Source: Candidatus Omnitrophota bacterium
Lineage (GTDB): Bacteria > Omnitrophota > Gorgyraeia > Gygaellales > Profunditerraquicolaceae
NCBI GenBank assembly: GCA_043812955.1
Contig: JBDRLN010000064.1
Span: 326-64,325, forward strand
Direction of reading: 5' to 3'
DNA: 64,000 bases
A model generated the notes under the pieces. It was given only the letters and a program-made list of their open reading frames with translations. It had not been told where the DNA came from and made no database searches. The number at the start of each line of letters is the position of its first letter. The first letter of the stretch is position 1. This document shows positions 17,746 through 26,357 of this stretch, one piece after another. The position numbers and the translations under genes are program-made.

Positions 17746-19602
17746 ATGGCTAATAATCCCTCCAAGTTTAAAAAAAGCAAATTACCCAAACGCCTGCCCT
17801 TTGGATGGGTGATACTTACCCTGTTATTATTTTATTTATTTGCCGGTCTGATAAAATATCCACCTACGCAAATACCCAAAGATATACCCTATAGCGAATT
17901 TTATTCTTTATTAAAGAACTCTCCAAATAATATAAAATCACTCTCCAAGATCGAAACCCTGCTTGAAGGTGAATATACCGAAGGAGCTAAGTTTCGGGTA
18001 CTCATCCCGGAAAACGATACGGAACTGCTTAATTTGATCCGGCAGAATGTAAAATATTTTGAAGTTAAACCGCCGCGTACTTTTCTAGCTAGTTTATTAT
18101 TTAACTTTGGCCCGGTATTTTTATTCATTATTATCTGGTGGTTAATGGCATCAAAAGGAGAGCAATTGGGCAACCGGGTTATGTCTTTTGGAAAAATCCG
18201 TCCAAAAATTCAGACTGAAAAGGATGAAAAAGTAACCTTTAATGATGTGGCGGGAGTTGATGAAGCCAAGGAAGAACTTAAAGAAGTAATTGAATTTCTC
18301 AAAGATCCTAAGAAATTCCAGGTATTAGGCGGAAAAATACCCAAAGGCGTGCTGTTAGTCGGCGCTCCAGGAACAGGTAAAACTCTTTTAGCCAAGGCAG
18401 TTGCAGGTGAGGCCGGAGTGCCGTTTTATTCCATAAGCGGATCTGATTTTGTAGAGATGTTTGTCGGTGTAGGCGCCAGCCGGGTAAGGGATTTGTTTGA
18501 CCAGGGCAGAAAAGCAGCTAAAGTCTCAGGCAAAGGGGCGATTATTTTTATAGATGAAATAGATGCGGTTGGCCGCCTGCGTTTTTCCGGTATTGGCGGC
18601 GGCCATGACGAAAGAGAGCAGACTTTAAATGCCCTCTTAGTGGAGATGGATGGTTTTAATACTGAACAGGGTCTTATCTTGGTAGCGGCAACTAACCGGC
18701 CGGATACCTTGGATCCGGCGATCTTACGGCCAGGTAGGTTTGACCGGCATATCGTAGTAAATCTACCTGATATAAAGGGTAGGGAGGAAATACTAAAAGT
18801 CCACACCCGTAAGATCAAACTGGAACCAACAGTTGACTTGAAATCCATCGCCTCGCAGACACCGGGATTTTCCGGAGCGGATATCGCGAATCTTTGCAAT
18901 GAAGCAGCCCTAGTTGCTGCCCGGCAGAGTAAAAAAGCCGTAGATATGCAGGATTTTGAGAAATCCGTGGAAAGAGTCCTTATGGGCCCGGAGAAAAAAA
19001 GCCGGATTATCTCCAAAAAAGAAAAGGAGATTACCTCGCTTCACGAATCCGGGCATGCGCTTTTATCATTGCTTTTACCGGAAGTAAATCCTTTAAAGAA
19101 AGTCTCCATAATCCCCCGGGGGCTTGCCGGAGGCTATACTTTTACTCCGCCGCTTGAAGACAGACATTACTGGACTAAAACCGAATTAATCGCCGAAATT
19201 GTGATGATGCTAGGGGGGCGGGCCTCTGAAGAACTTACCTTAAGCGAAGTTACGACCGGAGCTCAAAATGACCTGGAAGTGGCTACCCAAATGGCCAGAA
19301 AAATGATCTGTCAGTTTGGGATGTCAGAGAAAATGGGTAACGTTACTTTAGGTAAACGGGAGGGAATGGTATTCTTAGGCCGGGATATGATGGAAGAGAG
19401 GAATTATAGCGACGCTACGGCCCGCCTCATTGATGAAGAAGTTAAAAGCATAATTGATACGGCGTACGCTAAGGCCAAGGTATTATTACGGGGGAGTTTG
19501 GAAAAATTAAAAACCCTTTCTAATACACTTTTGGAAAAAGAAGTGCTGGATGGGGAAGAAGTAAAAAAATTGTTGGGAATCGAGAAAAAAGACCTCGTTT
19601 AA
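17746..19602 (+). CDS. ftsH: ATP-dependent zinc metalloprotease FtsH
   Basis: 2 TM, AAA Walker A GAPGTGKT, zinc motif HESGHAL. Confidence 0.95.
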   Translation: MANNPSKFKKSKLPKRLPFGWVILTLLLFYLFAGLIKYPPTQIPKDIPYSEFYSLLKNSPNNIKSLSKIETLLEGEYTEGAKFRVLIPENDTELLNLIRQNVKYFEVKPPRTFLASLLFNFGPVFLFIIIWWLMASKGEQLGNRVMSFGKIRPKIQTEKDEKVTFNDVAGVDEAKEELKEVIEFLKDPKKFQVLGGKIPKGVLLVGAPGTGKTLLAKAVAGEAGVPFYSISGSDFVEMFVGVGASRVRDLFDQGRKAAKVSGKGAIIFIDEIDAVGRLRFSGIGGGHDEREQTLNALLVEMDGFNTEQGLILVAATNRPDTLDPAILRPGRFDRHIVVNLPDIKGREEILKVHTRKIKLEPTVDLKSIASQTPGFSGADIANLCNEAALVAARQSKKAVDMQDFEKSVERVLMGPEKKSRIISKKEKEITSLHESGHALLSLLLPEVNPLKKVSIIPRGLAGGYTFTPPLEDRHYWTKTELIAEIVMMLGGRASEELTLSEVTTGAQNDLEVATQMARKMICQFGMSEKMGNVTLGKREGMVFLGRDMMEERNYSDATARLIDEEVKSIIDTAYAKAKVLLRGSLEKLKTLSNTLLEKEVLDGEEVKKLLGIEKKDLV

Positions 19603-19724
19603 AAGCGGGGACGGTTCTGAAATCAAAGTAAAAGCCTGCCTGCCGGTGAGTCAGGTTCCTACTCTAGCTGGGAGGAGTAAAAGATTGTTTACCTAACTGT
19701 CCCTAGTGGCTCGAAAGAATAAAT

Positions 19725-20912
19725 ATGCGGATAATCCAAAATTACAATGACGCGGATCTAAAGAAGATGCTCCAAGAGATAAAGGTGGATCCTTACGGTA
19801 ATAACATTATGCGACCAAAAGCAGATTTTTATCTGGTCAAAATCAATTCCCTGGCCTGTATTGCCGCGAATATTTTAAAACAAGAGATGCTCTCGTTAGG
19901 CGCTGATGCCGCGGTTGCCAAGGATTCTATAAGCGGGATGATTAAATCAACGGATTGCCTTTTAATGGCCAACTTCACCCAGCTTAAACTTTTAAATGAA
20001 AAATTAAAACATCAGCCATTCGGCCTGAATAAATTAGCCAAAGACCTAGCGTCAGCTTTAGAGAATTACCGCAAAGATAAATTCATTCTTGATCTGGGAA
20101 AATACAAATTAAACCTGTCCCAACGCACCTATATCATGGGTATAGTCAATATAACTACTGATTCATTTAGCGGTGATGGACTCTACCACAAAACTAAAGA
20201 TATAATTAAATATGCCGAAGATTTATCCAAACAAGGAGCAGATATAATTGATGTGGGTGGAGAATCCAGCCGGCCGGGAGCAAAAAGTATTCCGGTAAAA
20301 GAGGAGCTGCGCCGGGTGATTCCGGTAATAAAAAAACTGGTAAAAAAAATCGGTGTGCCGATATCTGTGGATACCTATAAACCTGAAGTCGCTGAACAGG
20401 CCCTGGATAACGGAGCAACAATAGTAAACGATATTACCGGGCTTAGCGATAAACTAATGCGCAAAGTTGCGGCAAGATACAAGGCTGCGGTTGTTATTAT
20501 GCATATGCAGGGAACTCCCCGGAGCATGCAGAAAGATCCTCATTACGAGTCTTTGATCGATGAGATCATTGATTATCTGGGTAAGGCGGTAGACAGGGCA
20601 ATGGAAGCTGGAATAGACAGAGATAAAATCATAATTGACCCGGGTATTGGCTTTGGAAAAACTTTAGATCATAACCTAGAGATATTAAAAAAGCTTAAAG
20701 AATTTAAAACCTTAGGCATGCCCATATTAGTTGGAACTTCCCGAAAATCATTTATCGGAAAAATCCTGAACGCCCAGCCTCAAGAAAGGCTGTTTGGCAC
20801 AATATCCAGCTGTGTCCTGGCCAGCTTAAACTCAGCGAATATCTTAAGGGTTCACGATGTCAAAGCTGTGCGCGACGCCTTAAAAATAAGCGATAAAATA
20901 ATAAAACAATGA
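19725..20912 (+). CDS. folP: dihydropteroate synthase with ~130-aa N-terminal extension of unknown function
   Basis: IMGIVNITTDSFSGDG pterin-binding signature starts at ~residue 135; the N-terminal part has no assignable domain. Confidence 0.85.
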   Translation: MRIIQNYNDADLKKMLQEIKVDPYGNNIMRPKADFYLVKINSLACIAANILKQEMLSLGADAAVAKDSISGMIKSTDCLLMANFTQLKLLNEKLKHQPFGLNKLAKDLASALENYRKDKFILDLGKYKLNLSQRTYIMGIVNITTDSFSGDGLYHKTKDIIKYAEDLSKQGADIIDVGGESSRPGAKSIPVKEELRRVIPVIKKLVKKIGVPISVDTYKPEVAEQALDNGATIVNDITGLSDKLMRKVAARYKAAVVIMHMQGTPRSMQKDPHYESLIDEIIDYLGKAVDRAMEAGIDRDKIIIDPGIGFGKTLDHNLEILKKLKEFKTLGMPILVGTSRKSFIGKILNAQPQERLFGTISSCVLASLNSANILRVHDVKAVRDALKISDKIIKQ

Positions 20913-21658
20913 CTTTGCAGATCTGGAAACCAATAGTCGAAATTACCATACTCTGGTTTATTATTTATCATGTTTTGCGTTTTTTTGAAGGAACCCGGGC
21001 TTTATATGTTTTACGGGGAATAATAACTCTCTTGGCCGTATTTTTCTTATTTCAAAAACTAGACCTCAAAGTGCTGGATTGGCTTCTGAGTAAACTTTTC
21101 GGAATCTCGGTTATCGCTATTTTAATCATCTTTCACCCTGAAATAAAGCAAGGCTTGGCAAAACTTGGACGCAGGCGTTTATTTATGGTCCAGCTTAAGG
21201 AAAAAGAACTTGATCAGATACTGCGGGAATTAGCTGACTCAGCCGAAAAACTCTGCAAAGAAAAAATAGGAGGCCTCATTGTCATAGAAAATAATGATCC
21301 TTTAAGCGCTTATATTGAAAATGGAGTACCTGTCGATGCCAAGATATCCTCGGACCTGATCCAGGCGATATTTACTCCTAATAACCCCCTGCATGATGGG
21401 GGTTTAATTATACAGGCAGGAAGGATAGCGGCCGCGGGATGTTTATTTCCACTGATCCAAAATCAGGAATTAAGCCGCATCTATGGCACAAGGCACCGGG
21501 CTGCTTTAGGATTAAGTGAAGAGACTGACGCGATAATCATCGTAATTTCGGAGGAACGCCGGGATATATCGCTAGTTTACCAATCTAAGCTGCATAAAGA
21601 CTTGGGCAAAGACGAATTATCATCTAAAATCAAAGAGATAATCAAACCCAAAAAATAA
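20909..21658 (+). CDS. cdaA: diadenylate cyclase CdaA (c-di-AMP synthase), membrane anchored
   Basis: 3 N-terminal TM helices; DAC domain motifs DGGLIIQ and TRHRAALGLSEETDA. Confidence 0.9.
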   Translation: MTLQIWKPIVEITILWFIIYHVLRFFEGTRALYVLRGIITLLAVFFLFQKLDLKVLDWLLSKLFGISVIAILIIFHPEIKQGLAKLGRRRLFMVQLKEKELDQILRELADSAEKLCKEKIGGLIVIENNDPLSAYIENGVPVDAKISSDLIQAIFTPNNPLHDGGLIIQAGRIAAAGCLFPLIQNQELSRIYGTRHRAALGLSEETDAIIIVISEERRDISLVYQSKLHKDLGKDELSSKIKEIIKPKK

Positions 21659-21659
21659 T

Positions 21660-21779
21660 ATGCTTAAAAGAATATTACATTTTTTTACCTATCATCCTTG
21701 GCTGAAGGTCATCAGTTTAATCCTGGCGGTATTAACCTGGGTTTATATTTTTAGCGAAATAAATAGGCCGAATCATTAA
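21660..21779 (+). CDS. 39-aa CdaR/YbbR-like N-terminal TM fragment (remnant or mini-ORF) between cdaA and pdxJ
   Basis: Translation MLKRILHFFTYHPWLKVISLILAVLTWVYIFSEINRPNH resembles the TM start of the CdaA regulator YbbR, which canonically follows cdaA; no YbbR repeats follow. Confidence 0.35.
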   Translation: MLKRILHFFTYHPWLKVISLILAVLTWVYIFSEINRPNH

Positions 21780-21780
21780 A

Positions 21781-22491
21781 ATGAAAAAACTAGGCATAAA
21801 TATCGACCATGTGGCTACCCTGCGCCAGGCCCGCAGAGGCCGGGAACCTGACCCGGTGCTGGCCGCGTTAATATGCGAGTTGGCCGGGGCAGATAGTATT
21901 GTTGCGCATTTAAGGGAAGATCGCCGTCATATTAATGAAAGAGACCTGCGTATTTTAAAACAAACGCTTAAAACCAAACTTAACCTGGAGATGTCGGTCT
22001 CTCAAGACGTATTAAAAATTGCCTGCGGAATTTTACCCGGACAGGCAACGCTGGTGCCGGAGAAAAGGCAGGAATTAACCACCGAGGGCGGCTTAGACGC
22101 GGTAGCTAATTTTAAGAAAATTAAGACGGCCTGCGCTAAATTAGAAAATAAAGGTATACCGGTAAGCCTTTTTATTAACCCGGATATTAAACAGATCGAT
22201 GCCGCCTGTAAACTCGGAGTAGGAAAAATAGAATTGCACACCGGAAAATATGCTGATTCCAGAAATGACGACGAACAAAAGATATACCTAGAAGAATTAA
22301 AGACTGCGGCTGAGTACGCATTTAGCCAAGGATTACAGGTATTTGCCGGTCATGGCTTAAATTACCACAATGTAAAACAGGTCTCCCGGATTAAATGTAT
22401 CGAGGAATTGAATATAGGTCATTCCGTTATCTGCCAGGCGCTGATTGTAGGATTAGAAAAAGCTGTGCGTCAGATGAAGGCTTTAATATGA
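21781..22491 (+). CDS. pdxJ: pyridoxine 5'-phosphate synthase
   Basis: N-terminus LGINIDHVATLRQARRG. Confidence 0.9.
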   Translation: MKKLGINIDHVATLRQARRGREPDPVLAALICELAGADSIVAHLREDRRHINERDLRILKQTLKTKLNLEMSVSQDVLKIACGILPGQATLVPEKRQELTTEGGLDAVANFKKIKTACAKLENKGIPVSLFINPDIKQIDAACKLGVGKIELHTGKYADSRNDDEQKIYLEELKTAAEYAFSQGLQVFAGHGLNYHNVKQVSRIKCIEELNIGHSVICQALIVGLEKAVRQMKALI

Positions 22492-22844
22492 TAATCGGGA
22501 CCGGAGTGGATATAACTGAGGTAAAACGGCTTAAACAAGCGATAGACAGGTGGGGTAACGGTTTTTTAAACCGGGTTTTTACCGATAAAGAGCTTAAGAA
22601 CGCCTTGGCCCATGTAAATTTCTTCCAGCATCTGGCCGGCAGGTTTGCGGCTAAAGAAGCGGTATTTAAAGCTTTGGGTGAAGCTGACCTGCTCTGGAAA
22701 GACGTCCAGATCTTAAATGATAAACAGGGCAAACCGTATTGCGCCATACTTAACGGCAAAGCCAGGAATAAAGATATTCATATATCAATTTCTCACGTAA
22801 AAAATTATGCAGTTGCCAACGCGATTGTCGCGAAGAAGAGCTGA
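22488..22844 (+). CDS. acpS: holo-[acyl-carrier-protein] synthase
   Basis: MIIGTGVDITEVKRL start overlapping the pdxJ stop; 4'-phosphopantetheinyl transferase fold. Confidence 0.85.
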   Translation: MIIGTGVDITEVKRLKQAIDRWGNGFLNRVFTDKELKNALAHVNFFQHLAGRFAAKEAVFKALGEADLLWKDVQILNDKQGKPYCAILNGKARNKDIHISISHVKNYAVANAIVAKKS

Positions 22845-23652
22845 TTGCCATAAGGGGGATTTTGGCCATATATTTATTATAGCTGGTTCTTTGAAATATT
22901 CCGGCGCCGGCGTATTATGCGCTGAAGCGGCCTTGCGCAGCGGCGCGGGATTGGTAACTTTAGGCGTGCCCCAAAGTTTAGCTATATCCTTAATAAGAAT
23001 AAAGGCAAAAGAGGTAATGCTTCTGCCTCTGCCTGAAAATAATGATGGGAGTTTTTCCCTGTCTGGCTATGAACAGATAAGAGATTTTGCTTCCAAGATC
23101 AATGTATTAGCAATAGGCCCGGGCGCCGGAGAGAACAAGTCCACGCAAGGTTTAATCCGCAAGATTGTATTAAAAATAAATAAACCTATGGTTATTGATG
23201 CGGATGGGTTAAATGCGTTAGTTAGGCATCTAAATCTAGCGCGGGGTGTCAGAATATTAACACCCCATCCTGGAGAGATGGCTAAGCTAACAGGTATTAA
23301 AATAAAAGAGGTCCAAAAAAATAGAAAAGTGATTGCCAGAAAGATCAGTTCTGATTATAATACCACGGTTGTTTTAAAAGGCCGGAATACCATAATTGCG
23401 GACTACAACGGGAGTTTTTATCTTAATAAAACCGGTAATCCGGGTATGGCGACTGCCGGAAGCGGAGATGTATTAACCGGGATGATCGCGGCTTTTTTAG
23501 GCCAGGGTTTAACGGCGTTCCAGGCAGCCAAATACGCGGTTAACCTGCATGGCTTAGCCGGTGATCTAGCAGCTAAAGAAAAAACCCAAATGGGCATGCT
23601 AGCCTCGGATATTATCGCTAAGATACCAGAGGCAATCAAAAAATGCAGTTAA
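22807..23652 (+). CDS. nnr: ADP-dependent NAD(P)H-hydrate dehydratase (Nnr carbohydrate-kinase domain)
   Basis: HKGDFGHIFIIAGS ... GDVLTGMIAAFLGQG motifs. Confidence 0.8.
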   Translation: MQLPTRLSRRRADCHKGDFGHIFIIAGSLKYSGAGVLCAEAALRSGAGLVTLGVPQSLAISLIRIKAKEVMLLPLPENNDGSFSLSGYEQIRDFASKINVLAIGPGAGENKSTQGLIRKIVLKINKPMVIDADGLNALVRHLNLARGVRILTPHPGEMAKLTGIKIKEVQKNRKVIARKISSDYNTTVVLKGRNTIIADYNGSFYLNKTGNPGMATAGSGDVLTGMIAAFLGQGLTAFQAAKYAVNLHGLAGDLAAKEKTQMGMLASDIIAKIPEAIKKCS

Positions 23653-23653
23653 T

Positions 23654-23726
23654 GCCGGCTTAGCTCAGTTGGTAGAGCGTCTGTTTTGTAAACAGATGGT
23701 CGGGGGTTCAATTCCTCTAGCCGGCT
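23654..23726 (+). tRNA. tRNA-Thr (anticodon UGU)
   Basis: Cloverleaf: acceptor GCCGGCT/AGCCGGC, anticodon loop TTTGTAA, T-loop TTCAATT. Confidence 0.85.
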
Positions 23727-23794
23727 TTATTAAGTTCATAGGTGATAGTTCATAGCTTAATAGTAAAATCTATAAACTACGAACAGTGAACTAC

Positions 23795-23888
23795 GAACTA
23801 AAATGGGCAGGTACCCAAGTGGCTAAAGGGGACAGACTGTAAATCTGTTGCACTTCGTGCTTCGGGGGTTCGAAACCCTCCCTGCCCA
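23795..23888 (+). tRNA. tRNA-Tyr (anticodon GUA) with long variable arm
   Basis: Acceptor GGGCAGG/CCTGCCC, anticodon loop CTGTAAA, long variable arm, T-loop TTCGAAA. Confidence 0.85.
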
Positions 23889-23968
23889 TTAAAAAATTTT
23901 ACCAAAAGGTGTAACGGGGCGTGGCCTCCGTTAAAAAGTATGGCGGATTCACCACGCAAGATGCAATA

Positions 23969-24043
23969 CGGGGCGTGGCTCAGTTTGGCTAGAGCGCTTG
24001 AATGGGGTTCAAGAGGTCACAGGTTCAAGTCCTGTCGCCCCGA
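23969..24043 (+). tRNA. tRNA-Pro (anticodon GGG) with C1:G72
   Basis: Acceptor CGGGGCG/CGCCCCG, anticodon loop ATGGGGT, T-arm ACAGG-TTCAAGT-CCTGT. Confidence 0.8.
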
Positions 24044-24260
24044 AATATTGACGAGGCACAGGTTTCCCGCTTTATGCAGAAGTTCTCAAGCGGGATTTCG
24101 CCACGATGAGTTAATAAGGTGGCTCATCAAGTCCTGTCGCCCCGAATAAATGAGGACAGTTTCCCGCCAGATAGATAAATTGCCTGCGGGATCCCGACTG
24201 TTCAAGAGTGGGTGTCGGGTCAAGTCTGTCCGCCCCGAAATATTGACGAGGCACAGGTTG
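24026..24260 (+). repeat. ~2.5 degenerate tandem units (~95-100 bp); each is a copy of the tRNA-Pro 3' end (CAAGTCCTGTCGCCCCGA) plus a TTTCCCGC-loop-GCGGGAT hairpin
   Basis: 39-bp near-identical direct repeats at 24026-24064 and 24218-24260; a partial unit at 24124-24147; TCCCGC/GCGGGA hairpins at ~24063-24100 and ~24168-24205. Confidence 0.75.
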
Positions 24261-24266
24261 AAATTT

Positions 24267-24322
24267 GGGGACGTTTTTATTTTTTATGCCTTTATCAGTA
24301 GAAGAAAAATAGAAACGTCCCC
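24267..24322. repeat. Family-A palindrome copy 3: GGGGACGTTTTTATTTTTT ... AAAAATAGAAACGTCCCC
   Basis: Read directly; immediately upstream of the PilZ gene at 24351. Confidence 0.8.
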
Positions 24323-24350
24323 AAATAAACACGACTAGGAATAACCGGCC

Positions 24351-24704
24351 ATGGAAGAGCAGACCTATACAGATACTGAACGCAGGCAATTTGTAAGGAT
24401 GGATTATACGACTCCCTTGGCATATAAGGTATGCAAACAAGAAACCCTATCTAAAATATTAGAGGGATACACGGTAGATATAAGCCAGGCAGGATTACTT
24501 TGCAACTTAAAAGACTGGGTTAACATCGATGATGTTATGTGGCTCTCCTTTGAAAGAAGCGTATTGCGTATATTCGTAGAGCTGGAGAAAAGAAGCCTTA
24601 TTTATCAAAACGGCGTAATTGGCAAAGTGGTAAGAATACTGAATAACGATAATGGTTCTTATAATGTAGGCGTACAATTTCTGACCCGGGAAGAAAAAAT
24701 ATAG
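24351..24704 (+). CDS. single-domain PilZ (c-di-GMP receptor) protein
   Basis: PilZ motifs RRQFVR (RxxxR) and DISQAGL (DxSxxG); its stop lies 1 nt before the gpsA start. Confidence 0.7.
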   Translation: MEEQTYTDTERRQFVRMDYTTPLAYKVCKQETLSKILEGYTVDISQAGLLCNLKDWVNIDDVMWLSFERSVLRIFVELEKRSLIYQNGVIGKVVRILNNDNGSYNVGVQFLTREEKI

Positions 24705-24705
24705 T

Positions 24706-25704
24706 ATGAAAAAAATCAATATTGCTGTTCTAGGTGATGGGGGGTGGGGAACTACCTTGAGCCTCCTGCTTAATAAAACTGGTTTTGAAGTCACATTATG
24801 GAGCGTTTTTAAAGATTATGCCGCTTATTTAGATAAAAAAAGAGTAAATACCAGATTTCTGCCTAAGATCAAAATACCCCATAATATAACCATTACTGCA
24901 GATTTAAAAGAAGCCCTAACAGGCAAAAATTTAATCATTCTGGCAGTGCCATCGCAATATATGCGCCAGGTCTTAAAAAAGATTAAAAAAATTGAATACC
25001 CGAAGAAGGCAACTTATCTGAGCGTTACTAAGGGCATAGAAATTAAAACGCTGGATACGATGACCGATGTTATCCGGAAAGAATTGGGAGATGTAAAATT
25101 GGCGGTATTATCCGGGCCAACCATCGCCCATGAAGTAGCCTATGGCGTGCCGACTACAGCGGTAGTAGCTGCGCCTGACCATAAACTTTGTAAATATCTG
25201 CAGGATATTTTTATGTATGAAAGTTTCAGGGTTTATACCTCATCGGATACTATAGGGGTAGAATTGGGAGGCAGCGTAAAAAATGTTATTGCTATTGCCT
25301 GTGGCATATCTGACGGCCTGGGATTCGGCACAAATACTAAAGCCGCGCTTTTATCCCGGGGGCTGGCGGAAATCTCCCGATTAGGGATCGCAATGGGAGC
25401 GGATCCTAAAACTTTTAGCGGCGTAAGCGGGCTAGGTGACTTAGTAACAACCTGTATCAGCCTTTACAGCCGTAATAGGTACGTAGGCGAACAGATCGGC
25501 AAGGGGAAAACGCTAAATGAAATAAAGAAAACAATGCGGATGGTAGCCGAAGGCATACCCACATCTAAATCTACTTACGCGTTAAGTAAAAAATATAAAG
25601 TGGATATGCCAATAATAAGGGAAGTTTACCAGGTGCTTTATAAGAATAAATCTCCTAAAGATGCGGTTAGATATCTGATGACCCGCCAGAAGAAAGCAGA
25701 GTAA
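24706..25704 (+). CDS. gpsA: NAD(P)H-dependent glycerol-3-phosphate dehydrogenase
   Basis: N-terminus INIAVLGDGGWGTTL; GpsA fold. Confidence 0.9.
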   Translation: MKKINIAVLGDGGWGTTLSLLLNKTGFEVTLWSVFKDYAAYLDKKRVNTRFLPKIKIPHNITITADLKEALTGKNLIILAVPSQYMRQVLKKIKKIEYPKKATYLSVTKGIEIKTLDTMTDVIRKELGDVKLAVLSGPTIAHEVAYGVPTTAVVAAPDHKLCKYLQDIFMYESFRVYTSSDTIGVELGGSVKNVIAIACGISDGLGFGTNTKAALLSRGLAEISRLGIAMGADPKTFSGVSGLGDLVTTCISLYSRNRYVGEQIGKGKTLNEIKKTMRMVAEGIPTSKSTYALSKKYKVDMPIIREVYQVLYKNKSPKDAVRYLMTRQKKAE

Positions 25705-25780
25705 AAAAGGATAGGACAATAAACTTCTTTTTTAGTTTAGGATAATGAGATTGTGGATTGGTAAAGCTATACGCTAATAT

Positions 25781-25851
25781 GCGGGCATAGCACAGAGGAA
25801 GTGCAGTAGCCTTCCAAGCTACCTACACGGGTTCGAGTCCCGTTGCCCGCT
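25781..25851 (+). tRNA. tRNA-Gly (anticodon UCC)
   Basis: Acceptor GCGGGCA/TGCCCGC, anticodon loop CTTCCAA, T-arm CGGG-TTCGAGT-CCCG. Confidence 0.8.
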
Positions 25852-25972
25852 ATAAGTAGCCTTCTCCCGCTCAGAGAATATAGCAGAGAGGCGGGATCCC
25901 GCTATGATATAATATTAATAGTGGCGGGACAAGCGTAACATATATGTGAGTTCGATTCTCATCGCCCGCTAT
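25852..25972 (+). repeat. degenerate duplicate of the tRNA-Gly 3' end (GTGAGTTCGATTCTCATCGCCCGCTAT) preceded by a TCCCGC-loop-GCGGGA hairpin
   Basis: TTCGAGTCCCGTTGCCCGCTAT (tRNA) vs TTCGATTCTCATCGCCCGCTAT ~100 bp downstream; same arrangement as at the tRNA-Pro locus. Confidence 0.55.
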
Positions 25973-26000
25973 TGATAATATTCAAAAAGGGATTGCGAAT

Positions 26001-26357
26001 ATGAACAAAGAAAGAAGAAAATCCATACGCATCAAAAAACAGATAGACGCCCAATATCAACATATTATTAACGATAAAACAGTCTGGATTACAGTATTGG
26101 TCAATGATATCAGCGAAGCCGGGGCCTGCGTACTAATAGATAGATTCCCCCTGATAGGAGAAGAAATTATATTACGCTTAAGAACACCTTTAAATCCTGG
26201 AGAATGGCTTCAGGTCAATACCAAAGTCATAGACGTAGATAAATATATGACTAACACGTATTTTGCTAGATTGCATTTTATAGATCTGCAGGTCGAATAT
26301 AAAGAACGAATTAGAGAATATATTGATTTTTATCTGAAACGGGAGAAGCGCTTATGA
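26001..26357 (+). CDS. single-domain PilZ protein
   Basis: RRKSIR (RxxxR) and DISEAGA (DxSxxG); overlaps the hom start by 4 nt. Confidence 0.7.
   Translation: MNKERRKSIRIKKQIDAQYQHIINDKTVWITVLVNDISEAGACVLIDRFPLIGEEIILRLRTPLNPGEWLQVNTKVIDVDKYMTNTYFARLHFIDLQVEYKERIREYIDFYLKREKRL

Noticed and set aside
18426-19016. 196-aa ORF on the minus strand inside ftsH, and many other antisense ORFs (e.g. 1818-2024, 5074-5565, 8927-9142, 10051-10356, 11240-11533, 31593-31934, 36749-37072, 39608-39964, 49504-49881, 53107-53481)
   Set aside because: Each is fully embedded antisense in a strongly supported conserved gene, has no RBS, and has biased composition typical of shadow ORFs.
19603-19724. Possible riboswitch (ZTP/THF-like) upstream of folP
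   Set aside because: I could not match the conserved cores of known folate-related riboswitches by eye; only generic hairpin potential is visible.
24026-24260. Possible CRISPR array (direct repeats with intervening unique segments)
   Set aside because: Only ~2.5 degenerate units of ~95 bp with tRNA-derived sequence. There is no regular 28-37 bp repeat/spacer periodicity and no cas genes.
23940-24440. ORFs 23940-24149 (+), 24150-24338 (+) and 24111-24440 (-) in the tRNA-Pro/repeat region
   Set aside because: They overlap a tRNA gene and the tandem tRNA-3'-end/hairpin repeats; translations are low-complexity (Arg/Cys-rich from GC-rich hairpins); no start context.
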